Assembly: GCA_035525775.1 (NCBI GenBank)
Contig: DATLDR010000243.1
Location: forward strand, 1,587-65,586
Direction of reading: 5' to 3'
Length of the DNA: 64,000 nucleotides
DNA from: Flavitalea sp.
GTDB lineage: Bacteria > Bacteroidota > Bacteroidia > Chitinophagales > Chitinophagaceae
The number at the start of each line of letters is the position of its first letter. The stretch's first letter is position 1. The notes beneath the pieces are model-generated. The model was not told the origin of the DNA and did no database searches. It saw nothing but the letters and a program-made list of their open reading frames with translations. Below, piece by piece: positions 19,758 through 28,743 of the stretch. The translations under genes were made by a program, and so were the position numbers.

Positions 19758-20240
19758 TCATCCTTTAACTTTTTCCACGCGTATGCCCACATTCATCACA
19801 TAACGCAGAGGGTCCTCGCGCATGATCTGCTCAAGTCGGAACCGGTAAACTCCGGCTTTTGAAAGTTTTTGAGGTTCGCTGGTAATACGGATACGGTGTT
19901 CAAAAATGTCGTCCATACCACTACCGAGCCAACCTTTGTCGTCAGTGGCCAGCAATAGATCCAGACGTTGTTTCAGGAGTGTGTCACCAGGCACCTGTGT
20001 GTAAATGTTCATCCAGACATTTTTATACCGGTATGCATCGGTATGCCGCAACACTATATAAATATTATATAATGAAGTAGTATCACTGATCTCAAAAGAA
20101 ATTTCGGGTTTATATGTACTGCTCCATTCATGATTGGGGATGTTCATATTTTTTTCAAATACGTCTATCGTTCCGCATGCTGATATGAATAATATGAATA
20201 CCAGCAGGGTGCACAGCATTTTTATATTTGGTAACAGCAT
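19758..20240 (-). CDS. gldH: Gliding motility lipoprotein GldH
   Basis: The ATG at 20240 gives a signal peptide plus lipobox (LVFILFISACG). The sequence is GldH-like (F.KN..IPNHEW......F.F.I.DT...YN....LRHT..Y.Y.N.W). The longer ORF-track start would overlap yicC. Confidence 0.75.
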   Translation of the reverse strand: MLLPNIKMLCTLLVFILFISACGTIDVFEKNMNIPNHEWSSTYKPEISFEISDTTSLYNIYIVLRHTDAYRYKNVWMNIYTQVPGDTLLKQRLDLLLATDDKGWLGSGMDDIFEHRIRITSEPQKLSKAGVYRFRLEQIMREDPLRYVMNVGIRVEKVKG

Positions 20241-20242
20241 TA

Positions 20243-21118
20243 CTATAATACATTTAAAACCTGCTCTTTTGCTTTCTCGAGCTCGTCCTTCATCATCACA
20301 ACACATTTCTGAATATTGGAATCATATGCTTTGGCGCCTGTAGTATTGATCTCCCTTCCGATTTCCTGCAGGATGAAAGAAAGCTTTTTGCCTTTTCCTT
20401 CATCAGCTTCAGATATGATCGTCATAAAATATTCACAGTGATTTCGAAGCCGCACCTGTTCTTCACTTAGATCGATCTTCTCTATATAGTATATGATTTC
20501 CTGTTCCAGCCTGTTTGAATCATAATTTTCCTTGCCGAGATTCTCTTCAAGGATTTTTACCAATCCGTCTTTAATTCTTGTTTTCCTGGAAGGTTCAAGC
20601 TTGATGATTTCCTCCTGCTGCTTCAGTATATTGGATATCCTCAGCACAAGATCAATCTGCAGGCTTTTACCTTCTTCCTGCCTGTGATTATTAAGATCTT
20701 CCATGGCAGCATGCAACGCCTTTTGAAAGAATATCCATTCATCGTCCGTCAATGTTTCACCGGTTGGGGTGATCACTTCCGGTAGTTTGAGCAGTGTACT
20801 TAATATATGCGCTGAATCCAGATTTAATTCCCTGGATAATTCTGATATCGGTTGAAAGTATGCTTTTGCGAGATGGGCGTTAATGCTTACAGGTTTTGCC
20901 GAGCCTGTTTCTTTTAAACTTATTGTACAATCTATGGTGCCCCTTGTAAGATTTTTTGACAATATATTTCTGATCTCAAATTCAAATGGTTTTAAAAAAG
21001 CGGGCATCTTAAGATTTAATTCGAATTGTTTGCCGTTGAGAGATTTTATATCGATAAGAAAAGTTTTATCTCCTACCGCCTGTTCAACCCTTCCAAAGCC
21101 AGTCATGGATTTCAGCAT
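20243..21118 (-). CDS. yicC: YicC/YloC-family endoribonuclease
   Basis: The N-terminus MLKSMTGFGR and the C-terminal DUF1732-type region (EIGREINTTGAKA) are typical of YicC. Confidence 0.9.
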   Translation of the reverse strand: MLKSMTGFGRVEQAVGDKTFLIDIKSLNGKQFELNLKMPAFLKPFEFEIRNILSKNLTRGTIDCTISLKETGSAKPVSINAHLAKAYFQPISELSRELNLDSAHILSTLLKLPEVITPTGETLTDDEWIFFQKALHAAMEDLNNHRQEEGKSLQIDLVLRISNILKQQEEIIKLEPSRKTRIKDGLVKILEENLGKENYDSNRLEQEIIYYIEKIDLSEEQVRLRNHCEYFMTIISEADEGKGKKLSFILQEIGREINTTGAKAYDSNIQKCVVMMKDELEKAKEQVLNVL

Positions 21119-21157
21119 ATACCTTGTTTAATGGGCAAGATAATTAAATACACATAA

Positions 21158-22939
21158 TCATCCGGGATATATCCTGTCTATGGCTGCGGCATTTTTTTCC
21201 ATCACGATTTTTCTTTTCAGGCTTAACTTCGGCGTCATTTCCCCACTTTCAATGCTCCATTCTGCTGCCACCAATTCAAAGCGCTTCACCTGCTCTACAT
21301 GATTGAAGTATTTGTTGAAACCCTCAAGAAGGTCCTTAAAAAGTTCTTTTACTTTCGGATTTTTGATCAGTCCTTCATTCGTCCGGTCTTCAATTCCATT
21401 TTGTTTTGCCCAGTCTTTCAGATTAGGGAACGAAGGAACGATCAGTGCGCCTACATATTTTTTATCCGCACCGAGCACCATCACCTGTTCTATGTACATC
21501 GACTCCTTCAGTTTGTTCTCAATGGGCAGTGGTGCAACATATTTTCCACCGCTTGTTTTGAACATTTCTTTTTTTCTGTCGGTAATTTTCAGGAATCTGT
21601 TATCTACAATTGTACCGATGTCACCTGTATGAAACCAGTTATCGGTAATTACTTCTTGTGTAAGTTCAGGTTGCCGGTAATATCCCATCATTATATTTGG
21701 TCCTTTGCAAAGTATTTCACCATCTTCAGCGATTTTTACTTCCACATTATCCAGTACAGGGCCTACAGTGCCAAATTTTCTGCCGGTTTCCTGAAAGCGG
21801 TTAACACTTATTACCGGTGAAGTTTCAGTTAATCCATAACCTTCCATGATTGGAATTTTAGCAGCGGTAAAAATCCTGATAAGCCGCACCTGGCAAGCGG
21901 CACCACCGGATACAATACAAATAATATTATTTCCGAGTGCCTCACGCCATTTACTAAAAATCAATTTATTTGCAATCGCCAGCTGCATATTGTACCACAT
22001 GCCCTGATTTTGATTGATTTCAAATTTAGACGCCAGGTCATGCGCCCAGAAAAACATTCTCTTTTTTATACCTGTGAGATCAGAACCTTTTTTCATAATC
22101 TTGTCGTACACTTTTTCCAGCAATCGCGGTACGGTGGTAAACATGTTAGGACTAACTTCTTTCAGATTGTCCCCGATAGCTTCCATACTTTCAGCGTAAT
22201 AGATAGAAGCACCTTTGTACATATAGAAATAAGAGATGAGGCGCTCGAATATGTGATTCAGCGGTAAAAAACTTAATACACGTAAATCGCTTACCGGTAA
22301 GCATGGTACACAGGCAAGCACATTGCTTAATATATTATTGTGCGATAACATCACGCCTTTTGGTTTGCCTGTTGTGCCAGAAGTGTAGATGATGGTAGCA
22401 AGGTCTGCGCTCTTTATTGTTTCGGATAATTCCTGTATTTTATTTTTTACCGTTTCGGAAACTGGCCTGAATAATTCTTTCCAATGACGGGCGCCTTCAA
22501 CTTTTTCAAAAGTAAATATTTCGAGCAGCGAAGGGATCCTGGCTTTAATAGATGATACTTTCTCATATTCATTTTCATCATTAACAAATATGAATTTCAC
22601 CTGTGCATCGTTCAGCACATATTCAAGCTCGTTGATATGCAATGTGGGATAAAAAGGAGTAAGTACTGCACCCGCTTTTTGCACTGCAAGATCAAGCATC
22701 AGCCATTGCGGTTGGTTTTTACTTAAGATGGCTATCTTATCGCGGCCTTCCGTAGTGCCATCGTTATAACTTACACCTGCTTCCAGTAAGCCAGCTACAA
22801 GCTGCTCAACAATGGCTATTACATCGGCCGTGCTGTATTTTATCCATTGGCCGTTTTCTTTTGCGGCGAGCATATCCGGTTTTCCGCCATTCTGTATTTG
22901 GAATTCCAGGCAGTCGAACAATCGTTTCGGCTCGGTCAT
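21158..22939 (-). CDS. Long-chain-fatty-acid--CoA ligase (AMP-forming)
   Basis: 593 aa with the AMP-binding motif IIYTSGTTGKPKGVMLSH, plus GYGLTE and TGDIG...GRFLKITDRKKE. Confidence 0.9.
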   Translation of the reverse strand: MTEPKRLFDCLEFQIQNGGKPDMLAAKENGQWIKYSTADVIAIVEQLVAGLLEAGVSYNDGTTEGRDKIAILSKNQPQWLMLDLAVQKAGAVLTPFYPTLHINELEYVLNDAQVKFIFVNDENEYEKVSSIKARIPSLLEIFTFEKVEGARHWKELFRPVSETVKNKIQELSETIKSADLATIIYTSGTTGKPKGVMLSHNNILSNVLACVPCLPVSDLRVLSFLPLNHIFERLISYFYMYKGASIYYAESMEAIGDNLKEVSPNMFTTVPRLLEKVYDKIMKKGSDLTGIKKRMFFWAHDLASKFEINQNQGMWYNMQLAIANKLIFSKWREALGNNIICIVSGGAACQVRLIRIFTAAKIPIMEGYGLTETSPVISVNRFQETGRKFGTVGPVLDNVEVKIAEDGEILCKGPNIMMGYYRQPELTQEVITDNWFHTGDIGTIVDNRFLKITDRKKEMFKTSGGKYVAPLPIENKLKESMYIEQVMVLGADKKYVGALIVPSFPNLKDWAKQNGIEDRTNEGLIKNPKVKELFKDLLEGFNKYFNHVEQVKRFELVAAEWSIESGEMTPKLSLKRKIVMEKNAAAIDRIYPG

Positions 22940-22977
22940 ATCAGTAAATTAGAAAAAAAAGGGGACAAGACAAATGC

Positions 22978-23979
22978 TCACTTGTTATACCATTGCCCTT
23001 CAGGCACCTTATACACCCTGCTCTTCTGAAACGTAGTGAATTTATTATATTCTTCACTATGGGTAGTGGTCCATTGCTGAAATGCAGATAAATTGCTGGC
23101 AGCACCAAATATCCATTGATTATACGCATCGAATAAGCCGGCTTTTGCAAGCTGTTTATGATAATCAAACAACCTGAATGGATATTCAGTCGACTGTTTT
23201 TCATACCATGCAAGAATAAAACGTGTGCGCAGGGCTGATAATGCATCGGGAGTAATACCCCTGTCAATGACCTGCGAATTCGATTTAATGATGTCTAGAT
23301 AAGCCTTTATAAATTCGTTTTTGTTATCCTGATTCTTATTGATGTCGGTTTCACTGAACATCTTTTTGTAACCTTCCACGAGCATGACTTTTATTTCTGG
23401 TGTGCGTCTGCTGTAGCTTTCGAGGTTAAGAAAAATTTCTCCGTATAACAATCCCCATACTTTGTCTTCTGTCATGTAATAATACCTTGCAGCATTATAA
23501 TAATTACCGGGAAAGTTCTGGTCTGTTTGAATACCCTTCAGCCATAATTTTGAAGCTGCCACAAAATCTTTCCTGTTCCATAAAAGCTCTCCATAATCAT
23601 TATACAAGACGCCGCTTTCCGGAAATTTTCTGAGCGCTGACTTATACATTCTTTCAGCCTCTTTAGTCTGATCCACTGATTTGTAAACCATGCCAAGGAT
23701 CTGGTAGCTTTGAACATCTGCATCCCTGCTGTCAACAACAGGCCTGATAGCATCTATTGATTTCTGAAATTCCCGCTGCATATAATAAGCAAATGCGAGA
23801 TCTTTTTTCAATTCTATATTTTCATTATCACTGGCAATAGCTCGGTTCAATACCAGGATCGCATTATTATAATCACCCTGCCTGATAAAGGCTTTCGCGA
23901 TTTTTCCGGGACTATCCTGTGCCATTAAATGTGTACCCAAAACCAAGATAAAGGTGAGCAGCTGAAGAATTTTTTTCAT
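22978..23979 (-). CDS. Tetratricopeptide-repeat protein (secreted)
   Basis: Signal peptide followed by several TPR-like repeats (GDYNNAILVLNRAI.., AFAYYMQREFQKSI..). I recognise no catalytic motif. Confidence 0.65.
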   Translation of the reverse strand: MKKILQLLTFILVLGTHLMAQDSPGKIAKAFIRQGDYNNAILVLNRAIASDNENIELKKDLAFAYYMQREFQKSIDAIRPVVDSRDADVQSYQILGMVYKSVDQTKEAERMYKSALRKFPESGVLYNDYGELLWNRKDFVAASKLWLKGIQTDQNFPGNYYNAARYYYMTEDKVWGLLYGEIFLNLESYSRRTPEIKVMLVEGYKKMFSETDINKNQDNKNEFIKAYLDIIKSNSQVIDRGITPDALSALRTRFILAWYEKQSTEYPFRLFDYHKQLAKAGLFDAYNQWIFGAASNLSAFQQWTTTHSEEYNKFTTFQKSRVYKVPEGQWYNK

Positions 23980-23994
23980 GGGATATTTTTATAG

Positions 23995-25209
23995 CTATTC
24001 ACTTGTAAGATGTGTAAGCAGTCCATCTCGCAGTTTAGGCTCGAACCATGTACTTTTTGGAGGCATCACATCACCACTGTCAGATATATCAAATAATTGT
24101 TCAATACTGACAGGATATAAGCTGAATGCAACTGCCATCTCTCCGCTGTTCACTCTTTTTTCCAGTTCAGTTAATCCGCGGATTCCTCCGATGAAGTCAA
24201 TACGTTTGTCCGTACGCTGATCAGTAATGCCCAGCAATTTATCAAGAATATTATTAGAAAGTATTGTTACATCCAATACACCTATGGGGTCATCATCATA
24301 CGACCCTGGTTTAGCAACCAGTTTGTACCATTTGTTTTTTAAATACATCCCCAACTCATGCAGCTTAGAAGGAGCAACGGCTTCCGATGATTCTGTTACA
24401 TAAAATTCATTATTAAGCTTTTCAATAAGCTGTAAAGCATTCATGCCATTAAGGTCTTTGACTACCCTGTTGTAATCGAGTATTTTTAATTCCTTTGCCG
24501 GAAATAGTGTTGTGAGAAAGTAATTTTCTTCCACCTGCAGACGCACTTTGGCAGCTGATGCCGCACGGTGGTGACCATCGGCAATGTAAGTGGCAGGAAC
24601 TTTTTCTTTAAAAAGTTTATTAATGGTGTTATTTACCTGGTCTGAATTAATCACCCATATTGCATGACTTACCCCATCCTCAGCAATAAAATCATAAACA
24701 GGGTCATGTGTAGATTTCCATTTATTGATCACTTCATCAATTTCTTCAACATTCCTGTATGCAAGAAATACATTTCCCGTTTGAGCCCTGGTTGTTTTAA
24801 TATGGTTGATCCTGTCCTGCTCTTTCTCTGGACGTGTAAATTCATGTTTCTTAATAACATCTTTTTCATAATCATCAATCGCACTTACTCCCACCAGGCC
24901 GGTCTGGCTCCTTCCGTCCATGATAAGCTGATAAATATAAAAGCAGGATTTGTCTTCACGGAATAATACTCCGCGCTGGATAAAAGCATTGAGATTTTGT
25001 TTGGCCCTATCATAAACTTCCTGTGAGTGAACATCTGTTTTGTCGGGCAGGTCTATTTCCGATTTAGTAATGTGTAAAAATGAATGAGGATTTCCACGTG
25101 CTTCAATTTTTGCTTCCAGGCTACTCAACACATCGTAAGGTCGTGATGCAACTTTAGGTGCAAATTGTGGTTGAGGCCGTAAAGCTTTAAAAGGATTAAC
25201 AATCGCCAT
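23995..25209 (-). CDS. DUF1015-family protein
   Basis: 404 aa. The N-terminus MAIVNPFKALRP and the overall similarity pattern fit DUF1015. It lies adjacent to serC. Confidence 0.8.
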   Translation of the reverse strand: MAIVNPFKALRPQPQFAPKVASRPYDVLSSLEAKIEARGNPHSFLHITKSEIDLPDKTDVHSQEVYDRAKQNLNAFIQRGVLFREDKSCFYIYQLIMDGRSQTGLVGVSAIDDYEKDVIKKHEFTRPEKEQDRINHIKTTRAQTGNVFLAYRNVEEIDEVINKWKSTHDPVYDFIAEDGVSHAIWVINSDQVNNTINKLFKEKVPATYIADGHHRAASAAKVRLQVEENYFLTTLFPAKELKILDYNRVVKDLNGMNALQLIEKLNNEFYVTESSEAVAPSKLHELGMYLKNKWYKLVAKPGSYDDDPIGVLDVTILSNNILDKLLGITDQRTDKRIDFIGGIRGLTELEKRVNSGEMAVAFSLYPVSIEQLFDISDSGDVMPPKSTWFEPKLRDGLLTHLTSE

Positions 25210-25226
25210 CTGTGTTTTTCGTTATT

Positions 25227-26312
25227 TTAAGATTTTCTATGTGCAAATTCTTTCATCAGATCTGTGATGGCTTCTACGCTTTCGTAGGGAAGTGCGTTAT
25301 AAAGCGAGATACGGAATCCACCAACACTGCGATGACCCTTCACTCCAATCATTCCTTCTTTCTGGCACAGTTCCAGGAATTCTTTTTCAAGTTGCTCGTT
25401 CTTTGCCACGAAGCAAACATTCATTTTACTTCGGTCATCAACTGCTACTGTTCCCTTGAAGATATCCAAAGAATCTATAGTATGATAGAGAAGTGCAGCT
25501 TTTCTGTTATTCATCTGCTCGATGTCTGATACGCCTCCTGAATTCTTTAGCCAGCGTAATGTTAGCATGCATACATATACAGCAAAGACCGGCGGTGTAT
25601 TGAACATGGACCCGTTCGCAATATGGTTCCTGTAATCGAGCATTGAAGGGATGTTCCTCTGCACTTTTCCCATCATATTCTTGTTGACAATAACAAGCGT
25701 TACCCCTGCAGCGCCCGCATTTTTTTGGGCGCCTGCGTAAATGACGCCGAACTTGTTGAAATCAATCTTCCTGCTCATGATATCACTACTCATATCCGCC
25801 ACTACAGGAACGCCCGCATTATAAAACACGTTAAGGTCGTGCCACTGTGTACCATAAATGGTGTTGTTAGTTGTTATGTGTAGGTATGAAGCAGTTTTCG
25901 GCACAGTAAACTGCTTTGGCAGAAAACGGTAACCCTCGTTTCTTGAACTGCACACCACTTCGACATGCCCGAACAATTTCGCTTCCTTAATTGCCTTTGA
26001 AGCCCATACGCCTGTATCTGTATATGCTGCCAGATCGTTTTCATTCAACAAATTCATGGGCACCTGCAGGAATTGCGTAGACGCGCCTCCATGCAGAAAC
26101 ATTACTTCATGATCATCATCCAGCTCCATAAGTTCTTTTACCAACGCAATAGTTTCATCCATTACAGCCTGAAAAGTCCTGGTTCTGTGACCAAGCTCTA
26201 GAATTGAAAGTCCTGTATTATTGAAGTTCATGATCGCCCTGCTGGCTTCTTCAAAGACTTCCACTGGCAATATGCTGGGTCCTGCGTTGAAATTATGAAT
26301 CACATTTGTCAC
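25227..26312 (-). CDS. serC: 3-phosphoserine/phosphohydroxythreonine aminotransferase
   Basis: HNFNAGPSILP N-terminus and a PLP-lysine region (GVIYAGAQKNAG). The start at 26312 is GTG, and no in-frame ATG lies close to the conserved N-terminus. Confidence 0.93.
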   Translation of the reverse strand: MTNVIHNFNAGPSILPVEVFEEASRAIMNFNNTGLSILELGHRTRTFQAVMDETIALVKELMELDDDHEVMFLHGGASTQFLQVPMNLLNENDLAAYTDTGVWASKAIKEAKLFGHVEVVCSSRNEGYRFLPKQFTVPKTASYLHITTNNTIYGTQWHDLNVFYNAGVPVVADMSSDIMSRKIDFNKFGVIYAGAQKNAGAAGVTLVIVNKNMMGKVQRNIPSMLDYRNHIANGSMFNTPPVFAVYVCMLTLRWLKNSGGVSDIEQMNNRKAALLYHTIDSLDIFKGTVAVDDRSKMNVCFVAKNEQLEKEFLELCQKEGMIGVKGHRSVGGFRISLYNALPYESVEAITDLMKEFAHRKS

Positions 26313-26364
26313 GTCCTGAAATTTGCGGTTGAATAATTATTTGGGGTTTCAAAGATAAGGAATA

Positions 26365-26381
26365 CCAAACCAGCGGTTTGG
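26365..26381 (-). terminator. Possible weak hairpin terminator after the phospholipase-C-like gene
   Basis: CCAAACC-GCT-GGTTTGG on the minus strand, 5 nt after the stop codon. The following T-tract is poor (TATTCCTTATCTTT). Confidence 0.3.
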
Positions 26382-26386
26382 CAAAC

Positions 26387-27343
26387 TCATTCACATGACC
26401 TGCCTTTAACTTTTTCCTTCTTCCATTTCATCTCGATCAGGTTCAATTCTACCTGATCATCTTCAGATAATTCTTTCCTGCTCAAGTCCTTGAGGTTAGG
26501 CTGTCCGGCATTTACCCAGGCAGTATACCAGAATGAGGCTACTGCAAAAACAGATTGCCGTAATCTCCTTTCCACCATTCCGTTGAGTATTTTGTTGTAT
26601 GCCGATGAATAGTCGGCAGAGTATTGTTTTATGATCACACCATTTCTTTTTTCGTATGCATATTTTTTATCTGAAGTAAAAGTTGCATTCAACCGTTTTT
26701 CAAACTGCAATACAGAGTCACTTGCCAGTGCGCTTTCTTCAACCCTTTTCCATGTGAACTCCAGAGGATTTTTGATATACATTGCCCTGCCTGCAAAAAG
26801 ATCCCATTCGGTTTCAGCATATATTTCCGGTAGCCGTGATTCCCAGAAACCATGTATTCCCTGCTGCCCCGTCAACTGACCATTGTGATTCGCCGACGTA
26901 TGTAACGGTACATGCGCATCCCCAAGGTAATGACCTGTTTCTGCAGATAACTTAAGTATGGCAGTTACATTTTTTTCTTTGAACGCTTTTGTAAGCCTTG
27001 CCAGCATAACCTGTACCCACCAGGGAACTATACCGTGCAGCATCAGGCTATCCTCAGAAAATTTTTCAACAGCCTTCGTCCATGACCGGGGTATCGATAT
27101 TCCGCAATAAATGTCCATATCAATGTAATGTCTCGGACCTTCCTCTAATACAGCATATCTTCTTTTATCCGGGTCAACAGCATGCGAACTGATGTATTGT
27201 ATATGCGGTTTATAGAAAAATATCATTTCGGGAGGCAGAACAAATACAGCCTGGTAATTAATGAGCCTGTGTCCATAAAATCCCCAGCAAAAGCCTTTAA
27301 GGGTTAAGATTATTAAAACAGAAACCAAGAAAATTCTTTTCAT
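26387..27343 (-). CDS. Zinc-dependent phospholipase C / S1-P1 nuclease-like secreted protein
   Basis: Signal peptide followed by WGFYGHRLIN at the mature N-terminus. His/Asp-rich metal-ligand-like motifs are present (HAVDPD, RHYIDMD, GDAHVPLHTSANHNG). Confidence 0.55.
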   Translation of the reverse strand: MKRIFLVSVLIILTLKGFCWGFYGHRLINYQAVFVLPPEMIFFYKPHIQYISSHAVDPDKRRYAVLEEGPRHYIDMDIYCGISIPRSWTKAVEKFSEDSLMLHGIVPWWVQVMLARLTKAFKEKNVTAILKLSAETGHYLGDAHVPLHTSANHNGQLTGQQGIHGFWESRLPEIYAETEWDLFAGRAMYIKNPLEFTWKRVEESALASDSVLQFEKRLNATFTSDKKYAYEKRNGVIIKQYSADYSSAYNKILNGMVERRLRQSVFAVASFWYTAWVNAGQPNLKDLSRKELSEDDQVELNLIEMKWKKEKVKGRSCE

Positions 27344-27362
27344 TCATACTTTTTATACATGA

Positions 27363-27983
27363 TTATTCATCTATTTGTGTTACGCCTCCTGAGATGGCAA
27401 ACTTCATGGCATCTGCAGAACTGATATCTGTCAATACTTTTACTCGTTCCTTTTTAAGAAAAAACAATTCACCCGTAAATGCATATGCCTTCGGTACATA
27501 TACTGCAACATATTCCTGCAGTCCGAATTGAAGCAGCTCTTCCTGGGTAATGAAACCAATCTGCCATACGTGCCGGTCCTGTACACTCACCAGCACCGCT
27601 TTATCAAATTTTCGCTTGTTGCCGGCAAAAGCTTCAAAAAAATCTTTAACGGTGCTATAAATAATTTTAATTCCTGGTGTTCTTTCAAGAATAGTATCAA
27701 AAAGATCTACTAGCCGTCCAACAAAGAATGAAGACGATATGTATCCTACAAATACAACCGTTAGAATCAGCACAATAAAACCCATCCCTGGTATTTTAAC
27801 CGGATTTCCGTGCGCGTCTATCCCCCACAGTGGAAGTATTTTTCCAAATGCTGCCGGCAAAATGTTATCAATGAAATTAAAGAGCGCTGTTACGGCATAT
27901 ATGGTAATAATAATAGGTGCCAGAATAATCAAGCCCTGCAGAAAATACTGGAACAGCTTCTTTAATGTTTGCCTTTTTTTCAT
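27363..27983 (-). CDS. DUF502-family membrane protein
   Basis: The ATG at 27983 gives MKKRQTLKKLFQYFLQGLIILAPIIITIY.., which is typical of DUF502. A second TM helix and a conserved C-terminal domain follow. Confidence 0.75.
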   Translation of the reverse strand: MKKRQTLKKLFQYFLQGLIILAPIIITIYAVTALFNFIDNILPAAFGKILPLWGIDAHGNPVKIPGMGFIVLILTVVFVGYISSSFFVGRLVDLFDTILERTPGIKIIYSTVKDFFEAFAGNKRKFDKAVLVSVQDRHVWQIGFITQEELLQFGLQEYVAVYVPKAYAFTGELFFLKKERVKVLTDISSADAMKFAISGGVTQIDE

Positions 27984-28065
27984 ATCCTTTGAAATTTCAT
28001 CAAAAATAGGCTGCCCGTTCCGTAACAAATAGGTTGAAAAAACGGTCAATTGAAAAGAATTTTAC

Positions 28066-28102
28066 GGAAACTTTGGCAACACAAAAAGTTTCCATAGTTT
28101 TG
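28066..28102 (+). promoter_or_regulatory. Candidate promoter and TetR operator for the efflux operon
   Basis: Perfect 9-bp inverted repeat, GGAAACTTT (28066-28074) and AAAGTTTCC (28085-28093), with a 10-nt spacer. A TTTG at 28072-28075 sits in a -33-like position. TAGTTTTG at 28095-28102 matches the Bacteroidota -7 box TAnnTTTG, 20 nt before the tetR ATG. Confidence 0.45.
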
Positions 28103-28122
28103 CGCTCTTTTTATTGTGAATT

Positions 28123-28743
28123 ATGGAAATAAAAGAAAGGATACAGCAAAAAGCCAACGATCTGTTTCGCCGGTATGGAGTTAAGTCTATTACTATGGAT
28201 GAGATAGCGACACAGGTTGGCGCTTCAAAAAAAACAATCTATCAGTATTTCTCCGACAAGGATGAGCTTGTTGAAGCGGTAGTAAAACATACCATCGACT
28301 TCGCCCAGAAAACCTGCGACGACAACAGAGACAGGTCGAAAGACGCCGTTGATGAACTTTTTCAGGCCATGGATTTTATCCAGCAGATTTTTTCTGACAT
28401 GAATCCTGCCATGATGTATGATCTTGAAAGATTTCATCCGCAATCATACAAGGTATTTCTTGACCATAAGAACAAATACCTGTTCGATGCGATTAAAACC
28501 AACCTCAAAAGAGGCATTGACGAAGAACTTTACAGGTCGGAGATCAATATAGACATTATTGCAAAATTCAGGCTGGAGGGAATGATGATAGCATTTAACC
28601 AGGATGTTTATCCGGCTTCGAAATTTAACCTCGGCGAACTCCAGACCTCTTTAATCGAACATTTCCTTTTCGGTGTAGCATCACTGAAAGGATATAAACT
28701 GATTTTGAAATATCAACAGGAAAGAATAAAAGTTAACAGATGA
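28123..28743 (+). CDS. TetR/AcrR-family transcriptional regulator
   Basis: N-terminal HTH (FRRYGVKSITMDEIATQVGASKKTIYQYFSDKDEL), 206 aa. Confidence 0.9.
   Translation: MEIKERIQQKANDLFRRYGVKSITMDEIATQVGASKKTIYQYFSDKDELVEAVVKHTIDFAQKTCDDNRDRSKDAVDELFQAMDFIQQIFSDMNPAMMYDLERFHPQSYKVFLDHKNKYLFDAIKTNLKRGIDEELYRSEINIDIIAKFRLEGMMIAFNQDVYPASKFNLGELQTSLIEHFLFGVASLKGYKLILKYQQERIKVNR

Noticed and set aside
18049-20240. Possible regulatory link between the OmpR/histidine-kinase pair and gldH
   Set aside because: The only evidence is co-orientation with a 19-nt gap. No motif or operator evidence supports a link, and two-component systems are frequently adjacent to unrelated genes.
21299-21820. A 173-aa plus-strand ORF (and a 109-aa one) antisense to the acyl-CoA ligase gene
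   Set aside because: It is wholly embedded in a well-supported gene. The translation is Phe/Ile/Cys-rich nonsense without any start context or motif.
23995-26312. DUF1015-serC adjacency as a possible novel serine-pathway component
   Set aside because: As far as I recall, this pairing is a conserved neighbourhood seen widely in Bacteroidota and is already annotated. The sequence here adds nothing to it.
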